Part shown: positions 23,803-33,659 of the stretch, piece after piece
Layout: each line of letters opens with the position of its first letter
Position numbering within the stretch: position 1 is the first letter of the stretch
Source: Alistipes shahii
GTDB lineage: Bacteria; Bacillota_I; Bacilli_A; RFN20; CAG-826
Length of the DNA: 64,000 nucleotides
Assembly (NCBI GenBank): GCA_963598795.1
Contig: CAVBUY010000005.1
Coordinates: 4,298 to 68,297 of the forward strand
Direction of reading: 5' to 3'
Translations under genes and position numbers: made by a program
The notes under the pieces: generated by a model
Seen by the model: the letters and a program-made list of their open reading frames with translations, nothing else
Told to the model about the DNA's origin: nothing
Databases searched by the model: none

Positions 23803-26213
23803 TTTCTCTTTCCTTTCATCATATGGAACAAAGCGGCGATAAGGTTTCCGTTCGCGATGTCCAAATACGCCATCAATTTGTTTTCCTTGGCCCCGAAATT
23901 GACCAATAAACGCAAAGGCATCTCAAGCTGATTAGCTTTCAAAGCCTTCTTTTGCCAATCATTTAACGACGGGTCTATCATTTCTTCCAATTCGTTGACT
24001 ATTTTTCTGCCGATGTCTTTTTCCGTGAGGCTTTTGATGGTCGATTCGAAGGAATAACGTTCACCGGGAGACAATGATTTGTTCTTGATGCGATGCCCCA
24101 AAAGCTCCTCGAATTCATGATCGCTGGGAACGAATAAGGATTTGTTGGTGAAATATTTATAAGAAGGCAAATACGAACGTCTTAAGGCTTTCTTAAAACC
24201 GGTATGAATCTCCACCGTTCCGATATTCTTCAGATTGTCGGAGGACTTGCCGACGTATATTTCGTATGTCCCATCTTCCGTCTGCCATTTCGAAGAATCA
24301 ATGTCGAAATAAGAGAAATCCTTGCCGGAAAGAATGAATTTTACGGATTTGGTTTCCCCTTCCAACAATGAGACTTTCGCATAGTCCTTAAGTTCCAAGG
24401 CCGGTCTAAATATATGGCTATCTTTCTTTCCGACGTAAAGCTGAACCGTTTCTTTTGTTGCCCGGCGGCTCAAATTATGGACGCTTAAAGAGATTTCCAG
24501 CTTATCACCCTCGTTAAGCTCGTCTTTGTCCAATTTCGCGTTTTTAATAACCGTTTTGGAATAGCTTAAGCCCGAGCCAAAAGCAAAGAGGGTTTCGATT
24601 CCCGCGGTCAAATAATATCTATAGCCGACATATATGGATTCTTTATAGGGGGAGGATACCTTGCATATCGGGTAAAAACAGCTTGAAGGCACGGAAGAAT
24701 AGCTTACCGGCCAAGTCTCGGCCAATCTACCGGATGGGTTTACTTGCCCGATAAGGACCCGATGCAAGGCTTTCGCGGACATCTCCCCTCCAAAATAAGA
24801 GATAACCACGGCTTTGCTCTCTTCCTTCATCGGCAATTCCAAAGGAGAACCGGAAACAACCACCAAAATGATGTTTTTGTTATGCTCGTAAACATGTTTG
24901 AAGGCCGAAATCTGAGAAGACGACAAACGCATGTTGCGCCTATCGTAAGAATAAGAAGCGTCGTTTGGGAGATTTCCCACCAAAAAGATGACTTTCTCGC
25001 ATTTTGAGGCCAATTCTTCCGCGTCTATAATCAATCTTTCGGCTTCGGATTGAGAAACGCTTTCCTTCAATGAATATCCTGGAGCGTAAGGCAATTCTTC
25101 CCCGCGTTCCTTGGAATATTTGAGCATTTCCCTATATAAAGAATCCATGAATTTGGGATGGACGTCTTTTTCCTTATTGCCTTTTATTTGGAAATTCTCC
25201 GCTAAGGCCCCAATAAGGCAAACGTTTTTATATGAGGAAAGGGGCAACATGCTATCGTCGTTTTTGGCTAATACGATGCTTTCTTCGGCTATCCTTTCGG
25301 CTAAAGCGTATTGTTCGTCTTCGTTATAAATTGCGGATTTGTCCTTGCTTTTGGTTTTCAAAGCCAGGGCTAATACCCTTTTTGCGGAATCATTAAATCT
25401 TTCTTTGCTTATATTTCCCTTATTCAAAGCCTTCAAAGTCTCTTTTTTATAAGATGCGAAAGCGGGGATTTCCAAGTCTATGCCCGCTTTATGAGATAAG
25501 ATAGGGCTAACGGAAGAAGATGGGGCGGAGGCTACCACTCCCCTAAATTTCAACGTCCCCTTTAACACATCGTTAAGCAAAGAAGGGGAGTCGCTACAAG
25601 ATAAGCCGTTAAGTTTGCTATAAGAAGTCATGACCATCCAAGGGTCACTAAGATTTATGGCCAAGGAATAGGGCTTCAAATATATTTCGTTTAAGGCCCT
25701 CAAGTCGACCTGGGCGTCCATATGCGCATAGGAAGTCGCTTGGTTTTGGCAAACGAAGTCCTTTAAGCAGGCTCCGACCCCTTTAGATTGGAGGCCCAAA
25801 ACCAAGGATGCTCCCATCCTTCCGGTCAAAAGGGGATCTTCGGAAAACAAATCATAAGAAAAGCCACATAACGGATTGCGCTTAATGCCCAAAGAGGGAG
25901 CCAATACGACGTCCGTATCATAATGGATGGCTTCCTTAGCCAAGGCCTCACCATAGCTTTTAGCCAATTCGTCGTCGAAAGTGCAAGCCAAAGCGGAAGG
26001 GGAAGGAAAGCAGATGCTTTGCTTATATTCGTCGTCGAAGACTATCCCATTTGAGCCTTCTCTCATCAAAAAGGAGGGGACATTATATTTCGCCAAGCCG
26101 TTGGAAGAGGAAAAGCCAGACGCATACAAAAGAGACGCGGCTTCCTTGTTTTTCATATAAGACAATATTTCTTCCGCGTTATTTGTCTCTTTCTTCCACT
26201 TGTTTTTCTTCAT
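23799..26213 (-). CDS. Glycoside hydrolase family 3-like protein (BglX-like architecture, active-site residues substituted)
   Basis: 804 aa. GH3 motifs are present: KRNPLCGFSYDLFSEDP, VMTSYSKLNG, and a C-terminal Fn3-like domain. However KHF reads KDF (res. 151-153) and the nucleophile motif G.V.SDW reads GVVASAP (res. 225-231). No signal peptide. Confidence 0.75.
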   Translation of the reverse strand: MKKNKWKKETNNAEEILSYMKNKEAASLLYASGFSSSNGLAKYNVPSFLMREGSNGIVFDDEYKQSICFPSPSALACTFDDELAKSYGEALAKEAIHYDTDVVLAPSLGIKRNPLCGFSYDLFSEDPLLTGRMGASLVLGLQSKGVGACLKDFVCQNQATSYAHMDAQVDLRALNEIYLKPYSLAINLSDPWMVMTSYSKLNGLSCSDSPSLLNDVLKGTLKFRGVVASAPSSSVSPILSHKAGIDLEIPAFASYKKETLKALNKGNISKERFNDSAKRVLALALKTKSKDKSAIYNEDEQYALAERIAEESIVLAKNDDSMLPLSSYKNVCLIGALAENFQIKGNKEKDVHPKFMDSLYREMLKYSKERGEELPYAPGYSLKESVSQSEAERLIIDAEELASKCEKVIFLVGNLPNDASYSYDRRNMRLSSSQISAFKHVYEHNKNIILVVVSGSPLELPMKEESKAVVISYFGGEMSAKALHRVLIGQVNPSGRLAETWPVSYSSVPSSCFYPICKVSSPYKESIYVGYRYYLTAGIETLFAFGSGLSYSKTVIKNAKLDKDELNEGDKLEISLSVHNLSRRATKETVQLYVGKKDSHIFRPALELKDYAKVSLLEGETKSVKFILSGKDFSYFDIDSSKWQTEDGTYEIYVGKSSDNLKNIGTVEIHTGFKKALRRSYLPSYKYFTNKSLFVPSDHEFEELLGHRIKNKSLSPGERYSFESTIKSLTEKDIGRKIVNELEEMIDPSLNDWQKKALKANQLEMPLRLLVNFGAKENKLMAYLDIANGNLIAALFHMMKGKRK

Positions 26214-29211
26214 TCGCCTTCCTCCCTTCTTTATTCTTTTTGTTTTCCAAACAACGATGATACACGATTTTTATGAGATATATCGTTAAAAGGATGAAAG
26301 AAATGATTCCAACCCCCGCCAAAGTGCCTTTGAAATCGATCCAGACATCAGCCCAGCACCCATATCTTCCCGGGGTATGAAGCTGAATTAGCTCCGAAAT
26401 GCCGGTAAAGACAAAACCGACCAATAATGAAACGCCCGTGCCTATAAGCCAAAGCCATTCTTTTTTGAAATAGAGAGCAACAAAGACCATCGTGCATATG
26501 GCGCTTAGCATGAAAACCCCAAAATGACCAAGCGTTTTCCTGACCAAATATAGGAAGGTCGACCAGAATGATTCGATGTCTCTTTTCACCGTGATAGACA
26601 AAACGAATACGTCCGTAGCTAAGGTGTCTTCTGATCCATAGGTGACATAAATGAACGTCTTTCCGATTTTCTTTAAGGTGACAATGCCATTATCGTTTAC
26701 TTCTAAAACGTCTTCGTTCTTTTTTTGATCCATAAAGTCTTTTTGAACGTAACTCACCTTCTTATAAGTCGCATAGCTTGGCAAAATGGGCTTTATTTTA
26801 TATGACTGCCCATAGGCTAAAACGATGTTGGCGACTTTTCCGTCATAAGATTCGTCTATCTCATATTCAATCGCGCCCAAAGACTCAAAATCTATCGATA
26901 TGGGGCCTATGGAGTCTTTTACCTCGATACTTTCCTTAACAAACAAACTTGGGTTATCATCGGAATGGAACTCGATATCGGCAAAGCCCGCCCCCACCGC
27001 TTCCATTTTGCCACTTAGGGAATCTATCGTTATTACCGATTGGTCACTAGAAATATAAAATCCGGTCGAAACCGATGCGTTTTCATCCACTTTGCCATAG
27101 GCTTTCAATTTGGTTCCCACGCTTATTTGATTTAAAGAAACCGGCTTATTCGAATCATCTTCCCCAGGATAAGATATCAATTCCAAATTCAAAGAAAATC
27201 CATCCACATTCGGGGCCACATAATCGACTATCAAGACAAAGGTGCAACTTAAAGCAGGATAAGAATCGCTTGTAATGGTAATGGATATCCCTTCTTCGTC
27301 AGTCCCGTTATAAGGCAACAAACACGAAGAATTTTCATCAAACGACGCTATTCCTTCCCTAGAAAATGACACCGAGAACGAATCGGAATAAAACGCCAAA
27401 GAATAGGAAGAGTCCTTGAATTCGTTTTTCTGAGATAGGCTTAAGCTCAAAGAAGCCGCTTCTCCCTTTTTCAAAGTCAAAGAGCCGTTTATTTCCTCGC
27501 CATTGGCTGTCACCATACATCCGCTTGGCTTTTTGGTGATGTTGATATTGATGTCTTTAAAAACGGAAGGATCCAAGGAAGAGACAAAACGAATCGTTAT
27601 TTGTCCTTCTTTATCTTTTGTTTCCAAGGTGTATGAACCGTCGCTTTTGTTTTTGGAAAGGACAGCCAAATCGCTGTTTTCGATTATCTCGGCCTCATAA
27701 CCGGAAGAAGATATGATGTCGCTTTTCTTATTTAAGACCAACTCGCAATCCAATTTGTCTTTGAATATCGTTCCGCTAGACAATTCGATGCCATCGTAAA
27801 TATGAAGAGGAGTCACATCTTCTATTCGGCTATCGTCTTCGGAAAACGAATAGGAAACCTTGTAGGTTATCCTTTCGTCTTTATCGGAATTCGGGTAAAA
27901 GAACACTTCGGCGTTTTCTATCGCGTGATCGTTATTTGTAGGCTCCAAAATGGCGTAGTCGTAAGAATATGAAAGCAAAGACAATGAAGACGGAACCTCC
28001 CAGCTTATGTCTTTTGTCCTATAAGCTTGGCTTTGGCTAACGACTTTGCTTTCTAAATAATCGACTTTGAGAGTGATACAATCGGTTAACGTCTCGGATG
28101 GGTAATTTATGAAGTTATATATTGAACCGCTATAAGAGTTCTTTTGATTGGGATTAATCAAAGAAACCGTCAATGCCTCGGTAGGAAGAACGTCTATTTC
28201 CATCATATCTTCCAAGACGTCTTTGCCTTGATAGCTGGCCTTGATATTAACTTTTCTTTGAACGTCGAAATCTTCGCATTCGTAGGAAACGGGGAAGGAA
28301 AACGTCCCTTTTTCCAAAGAATAGGAAACCGGGCCAAAAATCAAATCTTCGTCTGAAGAATCCAATTTCAGTTTATCCAAAGAGAAATTCGATATCGCCC
28401 TAGGAGAAAAAGAACCAACCACCGTTTTCTTTTCTTTCGCATAAATCGAAAGCGATTCAGGCAAGGATATTTCCCTCACTTCCGTTTCTTTCGATATTTT
28501 CTCGCTTACCTTTACTTTTATGGAATCTTTGATGTTTTCGTCGCTCTTCAAAGATGCGTATATCGTAGCCTCCCCGAAATTTTTGGCCTTTAAAGTTCCG
28601 GAAGAAGTCACTTCCGCAACGTAATCATTCGAAGAAGAATATTCGACATCCTTATAAGTCACATTGTTGGGAGTAATGATTGGCTCCAACACTCTTACGT
28701 CTCCGATGGTAAGTTCCAAATCGGAGCCAAGGCTGATGCTTTCCCCTTTAACGGGCTTAATATCGAAAGAAATAGATTTCTTTAATTTATCATTCTTCTT
28801 GGATATGAAGTCTAACGTCGCCTTTCCTTCCTTTAGGCAAACGATTTCCCCGTCATGTATTGAAACCAGCGATTCCGGAGAAGCGTTAATCTCAATGTCC
28901 TTAAAAGAAGTGTTCTCAGGAGTGAATGAATAAGAATATTCAATGACGTCTCCTACAAAATATTGATCTTTGTTAGGGGCAAAGGAAACCGCGAAGTCTT
29001 TGATGTTAATGATGTTTTTGTCATCATATGCGTCATCCACTATATCATCCGGAACCAAATCTCCGATGTTCGAACTATGGTCGCTGGAAGTCGAGCCATC
29101 TTGGGCCGATTCGTAGATTATCGCCCCATATCCAACTAAGGCGGCGGCGAAAAAAGCCCAAGCGAAGAACAATCTCCAGAAGTCTTTTCTTGTTCTTTTT
29201 GCCATGCGCAT
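26179..29211 (-). CDS. Large surface protein: N-terminal TM anchor, multiple Big_2-like Ig domains, C-terminal VanZ-like membrane domain
   Basis: 1010 aa. N-terminal TM helix (FFAWAFFAAALVGYGAII). Repeated Big_2-type segments (e.g. YVAEVTSSGTLKAKNFGEATIYA; VITIDSLSGKMEAVGAGFADIEF). The C-terminal ~130 aa have 4 TM helices and VanZ-like motifs (GHFGVF ... SELIQLHTPGRYGCWADVWIDFKG). Confidence 0.65.
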   Translation of the reverse strand: MRMAKRTRKDFWRLFFAWAFFAAALVGYGAIIYESAQDGSTSSDHSSNIGDLVPDDIVDDAYDDKNIINIKDFAVSFAPNKDQYFVGDVIEYSYSFTPENTSFKDIEINASPESLVSIHDGEIVCLKEGKATLDFISKKNDKLKKSISFDIKPVKGESISLGSDLELTIGDVRVLEPIITPNNVTYKDVEYSSSNDYVAEVTSSGTLKAKNFGEATIYASLKSDENIKDSIKVKVSEKISKETEVREISLPESLSIYAKEKKTVVGSFSPRAISNFSLDKLKLDSSDEDLIFGPVSYSLEKGTFSFPVSYECEDFDVQRKVNIKASYQGKDVLEDMMEIDVLPTEALTVSLINPNQKNSYSGSIYNFINYPSETLTDCITLKVDYLESKVVSQSQAYRTKDISWEVPSSLSLLSYSYDYAILEPTNNDHAIENAEVFFYPNSDKDERITYKVSYSFSEDDSRIEDVTPLHIYDGIELSSGTIFKDKLDCELVLNKKSDIISSSGYEAEIIENSDLAVLSKNKSDGSYTLETKDKEGQITIRFVSSLDPSVFKDININITKKPSGCMVTANGEEINGSLTLKKGEAASLSLSLSQKNEFKDSSYSLAFYSDSFSVSFSREGIASFDENSSCLLPYNGTDEEGISITITSDSYPALSCTFVLIVDYVAPNVDGFSLNLELISYPGEDDSNKPVSLNQISVGTKLKAYGKVDENASVSTGFYISSDQSVITIDSLSGKMEAVGAGFADIEFHSDDNPSLFVKESIEVKDSIGPISIDFESLGAIEYEIDESYDGKVANIVLAYGQSYKIKPILPSYATYKKVSYVQKDFMDQKKNEDVLEVNDNGIVTLKKIGKTFIYVTYGSEDTLATDVFVLSITVKRDIESFWSTFLYLVRKTLGHFGVFMLSAICTMVFVALYFKKEWLWLIGTGVSLLVGFVFTGISELIQLHTPGRYGCWADVWIDFKGTLAGVGIISFILLTIYLIKIVYHRCLENKKNKEGRKANEEKQVEERDK

Positions 29212-29268
29212 ATTATATACGCACGCAAGGGTTTTATCCTATCAAGACGAAAAATCTCAAAGTTGGAT

Positions 29269-29293
29269 ATAAAAAACCGCCCTAATGGACGGT
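29269..29293 (-). terminator. Rho-independent terminator after tRNA-Ala
   Basis: On the minus strand: ACCGTCC-ATTA-GGGCGGT (7-bp stem, one mismatch) followed by TTTTTTA. Confidence 0.5.
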
Positions 29294-29306
29294 GTTTCAT
29301 TAAGTT

Positions 29307-29382
29307 TGGTGGAGCGTAAGAGGATCGAACTCTCGACCTCCTCCATGCCATGGAGGCGCTCTCCCAGCTGAGCTAACGCCCC
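29307..29382 (-). tRNA. tRNA-Ala (anticodon GGC)
   Basis: 76 nt. Acceptor GGGGCGT/ACGCTCC with the G3:U70 Ala identity pair, anticodon arm CCTCC-ATGGCAT-GGAGG, T-loop GTTCGATCC, encoded CCA. Confidence 0.9.
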
Positions 29383-29492
29383 AAACTTTCGCTTAGCGCA
29401 TTGAAGAATATATTCATTGGGTGGCCTTTTGTCAAGAACATGATGCCTATTCCTACAAAAAAGGCCCCTAATCGGGGTCTCGATTCTCATAA

Positions 29493-29569
29493 TGGCGTCG
29501 CCGAGCCGATTCGAACGGCTGACCTACTGCTTAGGAGGCAGTTGCTCTATCCAGCTGAGCTACGGCGAC
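29493..29569 (-). tRNA. tRNA-Arg (anticodon CCT)
   Basis: 77 nt. Acceptor GTCGCCG/CGGCGAC, anticodon arm ACTGC-CTCCTAA-GCAGT, T-loop GTTCGAATC, encoded CCA. Confidence 0.9.
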
Positions 29570-29597
29570 ATAGGCCTCAGGGGACGAGGCTTTTTCT

Positions 29598-30374
29598 TCA
29601 ATGGTTGTCGATGGGATAGATGCTGGTTATCGTCACCCTCGCATCGATAATAGCCATAATTTCGTTTTTGTCTAGTTTTCTTTTGTCGTTAGCAGTGACG
29701 GTAAAGGCGATTTCCAATGCGCTTTTTCCATCATTTCCTTCGATAAGACGCGTTGTTACTCTAGATAATTCCCAGCCTTGCTCAGTGGCGATTTTATCTA
29801 AGGTAGTCATCAATGGCTGCTCAGCCGGTCCGACCATGATAAACATAGGGGAGACGGCGGCGATCTTTTCTTCGGCTTTGCGGAAATAGGTCAAGACAAA
29901 GAGAATGATCACGGTTAACAAGATGGCGATTATGAAATTCATCGAACCGCAGCATAAGCCAACCGCCATGGTGGCCCAAATCGATGAAGCGGTAGTAAGA
30001 CCAGTAACGCTGGCGCGGTTATGAATGATGGCACCTGCGCCCAAAAAGCCGATGCCGGCTATGACTTGGGCGGCCAAACGGGCCGCGTCTCTTTGAGAAT
30101 CAGAGAGAGGGAAACCGTATATGGAGATAATCATGATGACGCAAGAGCCAAGACCGACCAATAGGTGGGTGCGGAGACCGGCGCTTCTTCTACGTTTTTC
30201 GCGCTCCATGCCAATTAAGCCTGTAAGCAAGGCACATAAAGCAATCGATATGAGGCAAAGAATGAAATTGCCATAGCTCCAAGCCCCTTCTGGGAGAGGG
30301 GTAGTAGAAAAATTGTTGTTGAACCATTCGGCTATTTTCTGATCGATGGTCACAACGTTTCCTAGAATTGTCAT
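29598..30374 (-). CDS. mgtC: MgtC/SapB family membrane protein
   Basis: Contains GLIGMEREKRRRSAGLRTHLLVGLGS plus further TM helices and a C-terminal ACT-like soluble domain. The start is placed at ATG 30374, preceded by GGAGGTG at 6 nt; the ORF-track TTG at 30389 lies inside that RBS. Confidence 0.85.
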   Translation of the reverse strand: MTILGNVVTIDQKIAEWFNNNFSTTPLPEGAWSYGNFILCLISIALCALLTGLIGMEREKRRRSAGLRTHLLVGLGSCVIMIISIYGFPLSDSQRDAARLAAQVIAGIGFLGAGAIIHNRASVTGLTTASSIWATMAVGLCCGSMNFIIAILLTVIILFVLTYFRKAEEKIAAVSPMFIMVGPAEQPLMTTLDKIATEQGWELSRVTTRLIEGNDGKSALEIAFTVTANDKRKLDKNEIMAIIDARVTITSIYPIDNH

Positions 30375-30493
30375 GATTCTCACCTCCAAAGACTTATTGG
30401 AATTATACTATGTTGCCGAAATTAATTTCGTTTTTCTTTAAGAAAAGCGGTGTCATTCGTGATTAAGACTTAATTTTTGGTTATCATTTTCCC

Positions 30494-31399
30494 ATGAAGC
30501 ATTACGAAAAGCGTTTTATAGAACTAAAAAGAGCCAATGAGCGGGTGGCTTATTTGGATGAAGGAAAAGGGGAAAAGACCATTCTGTTAATCCATGGAAA
30601 CCAATCTAGTTCAATACATTACAGCCCTCTAATAGAATTACTGGAGCAAAACTTCAGAGTGATAGCCCCCGATATGAGAGGATATGGGGATACGACCTAT
30701 AACAAGAAATCATTTTCAAGCATTTCCGAATGGAAAGAGCTTATCGAAGAGTTCTGCGACTCATTAAACATAAAGTCCGATGCCGTGGCCGGCTGGTCAA
30801 CTGGAGGGGCCGCAGCCATGGATTTGGCCGCCGATAGGCCAGACATCGTAAAGAAATTGATATTGATAGATTCTCTTTCTTTCCGCGGGCACCCATATTT
30901 CAAAAGAGATGAGAATGGTCCCATTTATGGGGCGACTTACTCGTCTCAAGAAGAAATGGCCAATGACATGCCATTAAAAATAACGGGCATTTGGGCTGAA
31001 ACGAATGATTTCAAGCATATGGGCGGATTGTGGGACAAACTCATCTATACCGCCGGGTATCATCCGAATGAAGAGGACAATGAAATATATCTAAAAGAAA
31101 CCTGCAAGCAAAAATGCATGCCAGAATCCTATTGGGCATTGTCTACATTCAATATTTCTGACACGCCTAGTTTGTACGCCAAAGGAAATTCCAAAGTTCA
31201 TAAAATAAAACAGCCAGTTTTGATGTTTTGGGGAAAGAAAGATATGGCTATTCCTTGGTTTAATCAACACGAAAACTACGATTATTTCAAAACCAGGGAT
31301 AATTGCGAATTCACCTATGTCGAATTAGATTCCGGACATAACCCGGTCTTTGATCAAACCGAAAAAATGGCAGAAGCGATCAGAAAATTCGTCAAATAG
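30494..31399 (+). CDS. Alpha/beta hydrolase
   Basis: 301 aa. LIHGNQSS (oxyanion HG), nucleophile elbow GWSTGG, and a C-terminal SGHNP catalytic His region. Confidence 0.75.
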   Translation: MKHYEKRFIELKRANERVAYLDEGKGEKTILLIHGNQSSSIHYSPLIELLEQNFRVIAPDMRGYGDTTYNKKSFSSISEWKELIEEFCDSLNIKSDAVAGWSTGGAAAMDLAADRPDIVKKLILIDSLSFRGHPYFKRDENGPIYGATYSSQEEMANDMPLKITGIWAETNDFKHMGGLWDKLIYTAGYHPNEEDNEIYLKETCKQKCMPESYWALSTFNISDTPSLYAKGNSKVHKIKQPVLMFWGKKDMAIPWFNQHENYDYFKTRDNCEFTYVELDSGHNPVFDQTEKMAEAIRKFVK

Positions 31400-31408
31400 C
31401 CTCTAAAA

Positions 31409-32023
31409 TCAGATTTTTATCTCTATCGGAGTTTCAAATTCCGATGGTTTGCTTGAATAAACGGAAAGCATATAAGTATCATTTATCATAAAATGAACAA
31501 GGTTTTTACGGGATGTATCTAGTATTTCGAAATAATCCAATGGCGTAGAAAGCCCTCGTCCATTTTCTTTTAGGTACGCTTCCTTGCCAGTCCATATTTC
31601 ATAAAAGGAAACAAGGCAGTTTTTTGAGCCTTCTACGTAATCTTTTTCTTTTTTAGTGAATAACCTATCTATTTTCAACGAACGAGGTTTAATCATTTCA
31701 ACATCAGTTCCTACCTCGTTTAAGCTTATTGAAACCACACATAGTTCTTTTGAATGGCTTATTGAAAATTTAAATGGGCATCCTTCTAGATATGGCTTAC
31801 CGTATCTCCCTATCGAATAGTTATATTCATAAATATTGATATTATTTAATTTCAAAGCTTTTTCCAGCAAACGGAATGCCGATAATGAAGCGTTTGCATT
31901 ATCTATGTTATTTAGCTTCAATTTTTTTTCTCTCACTCGTTCTGGCAAGGCATCCAAAAGAGGTTGAAGCTCATCTATTTCGTGATTTTTTATTTTCGAA
32001 TAATAGGTAAGAACTTTATTCAT
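31409..32023 (-). CDS. Sfp-type 4'-phosphopantetheinyl transferase
   Basis: 204 aa. GKPYL, FSISHS, GTDVE and WTGKEAYLKENGRGL are the PPTase motifs. Confidence 0.8.
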   Translation of the reverse strand: MNKVLTYYSKIKNHEIDELQPLLDALPERVREKKLKLNNIDNANASLSAFRLLEKALKLNNINIYEYNYSIGRYGKPYLEGCPFKFSISHSKELCVVSISLNEVGTDVEMIKPRSLKIDRLFTKKEKDYVEGSKNCLVSFYEIWTGKEAYLKENGRGLSTPLDYFEILDTSRKNLVHFMINDTYMLSVYSSKPSEFETPIEIKI

Positions 32024-32070
32024 GTTGATATTTTATATCATGCCGTAAAAAATAATTAGGAGGTTTATAT

Positions 32071-32262
32071 ATGAGAGAAACAGTAAGGAATTTCAAAGGC
32101 GAAATAGTTGGTTACGTTGATTCCGATATGATGGGCAATAAAATCGTCAGAAATTTCGGCGGGCAAATAGTTGGCTATTACAAAGCCGACAGAAATTGCA
32201 CCACAAATCAAGGCGGGCAAATCATGTTCTATGGAGATATGACCTCTGCATTGCTTAAATAA
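32071..32262 (+). CDS. Small (63 aa) triple-repeat protein of unknown function
   Basis: Strong RBS (TAGGAGG, 7 nt, ATG). Three ~20-aa repeats: VRNFKGEIVGYVDSD, VRNFGGQIVGYYKAD and TNQGGQIMFYGD. Confidence 0.55.
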   Translation: MRETVRNFKGEIVGYVDSDMMGNKIVRNFGGQIVGYYKADRNCTTNQGGQIMFYGDMTSALLK

Positions 32263-32801
32263 AGAGAGTTCCAATATAAAGCCGCAAATGGCTCCGAGAG
32301 GTCCTCGATGAAGTCTCATTCTATGCAAGTAGAGCAATCGGAAAGCGTATTCCAAATCGTCGGTGGAGCGCTGATACGGCTCGGGATATCGGTCTTAAAT
32401 AGCGATAGTCGGTTCGCAGGATCGAAGAGGTTATTGGGCCGAAGGACGTTTGGACGATACTTGAGAAATATCCGTTCCTATATATCCTCTAGCAGGACTA
32501 TGACATCGCCTTGGCCAAAAATTCTTCCCCATCAAAGACCTCGTTGATTTAAGGCTGTATACCGCCCCCACTACGAACGTGCAGAATTCGCCTTGGACCA
32601 ATTCGCCCAAAGCTTCGGGCGTCAAAGGCGCGAAAGATTGTATTACAGAATAGCCACTTAGCTTCTTCCAATCGATTGTAAGTAAACAATTATAAGGGCT
32701 TTACGGCTTTTCCGTTTTCTCGGATGGTTTCATCCTAAAAAACGGAATGGCTGCTTGCCTAATTGCACGACTCTATTGCCACTTTCTCAATGAGTTGTTA
32801 T

Positions 32802-33659
32802 CTATAAAAACATTATGAAATAAATTGGATAATAAGTGATTTTATCTACTGTTTTTATTTCTCTTTTATTGCTTAAAATATAGCCTTTAGTCATTTTGTA
32901 ATTATTATCCTTCAATAATTTGGGCAACGCTCTAAAGTTTGAATAATCTTTGCCTGATTTAATTTCTAAAGGCAAAACATTTAAGGATTCATAATCATCG
33001 AGCAGGTAATCAACTTTTCCAACCTTCTTCCGATCATAATAATATAACTCATGGTCATGGGCTTTTAACTCTTGAGCGACAACGCTTTCATAGACAGTGC
33101 CTAAATTTACACCGCTTTTATCATCCAATATGGCATTGATATTATTTTTGTAAAGGACGCTAGTTAATAAACCAACATCATTCATATATAACTTAATAAG
33201 ACTCTTACTGCTTGATTGGATTAATGGGAATTTTGGTTCGCTAACCGCTTTGGTGGCTAGCGAGATGCCTGAGCAGATAAGATATTCAAATTCATCAGTG
33301 TATTTTTTGTAACGAACATCATCAATATTTTCAATTTTTTTATATTGAATTCTTTTAACTTTGTTTTCGATGTTTGAAGGAATCATTTCGTAGATTCTTT
33401 TTATCACTAATTTATTCTCTTTGTCGTATTTGGAGGCGTCTTTAGAATAGAAATTAATAATATCATTTTGTATCTTTCTAATTTTAATAACATTTTTTGT
33501 CTCAGCAAAAGTCTTCACCGCATCCGGCATACCACCGACATATAGATATGTTTTAAATAGATACAAAATTTTATTATGCAAAGCTTCATCGATGCAAAGT
33601 ATCTTATCTTCGTCGCTTGTCAAATATTCTTCAATATAGGCAGAAATCTTTCTATACAT
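32802..33659 (-). pseudogene. Internally deleted AAA-ATPase/DUF4143-family gene lacking the P-loop
   Basis: The 285-aa ORF retains the C-terminal DUF4143-type region (YLYVGGMPDAV ... ESVVAQEL ... LPLEIKSGKDY). The ~150 aa that normally carry Walker A are absent; only a Walker-B-like ILCIDEA remains near the N-terminus. The segment is very AT-rich compared with its flanks. Confidence 0.5.

Noticed and set aside
29570-29597. Hairpin GCCTC-N7-GAGGC followed by TTTTTC on the plus strand, between mgtC and tRNA-Arg
   Set aside because: The T-run is on the plus strand, yet all neighbouring genes are on the minus strand. On the minus strand the hairpin has no U-tail. It is too weak and wrongly oriented to call as a terminator.
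32065-32355. 96-aa minus-strand ORF antisense to the 63-aa repeat protein
   Set aside because: It has no RBS and no recognisable features. The plus-strand ORF has a strong TAGGAGG RBS and internal repeat structure.
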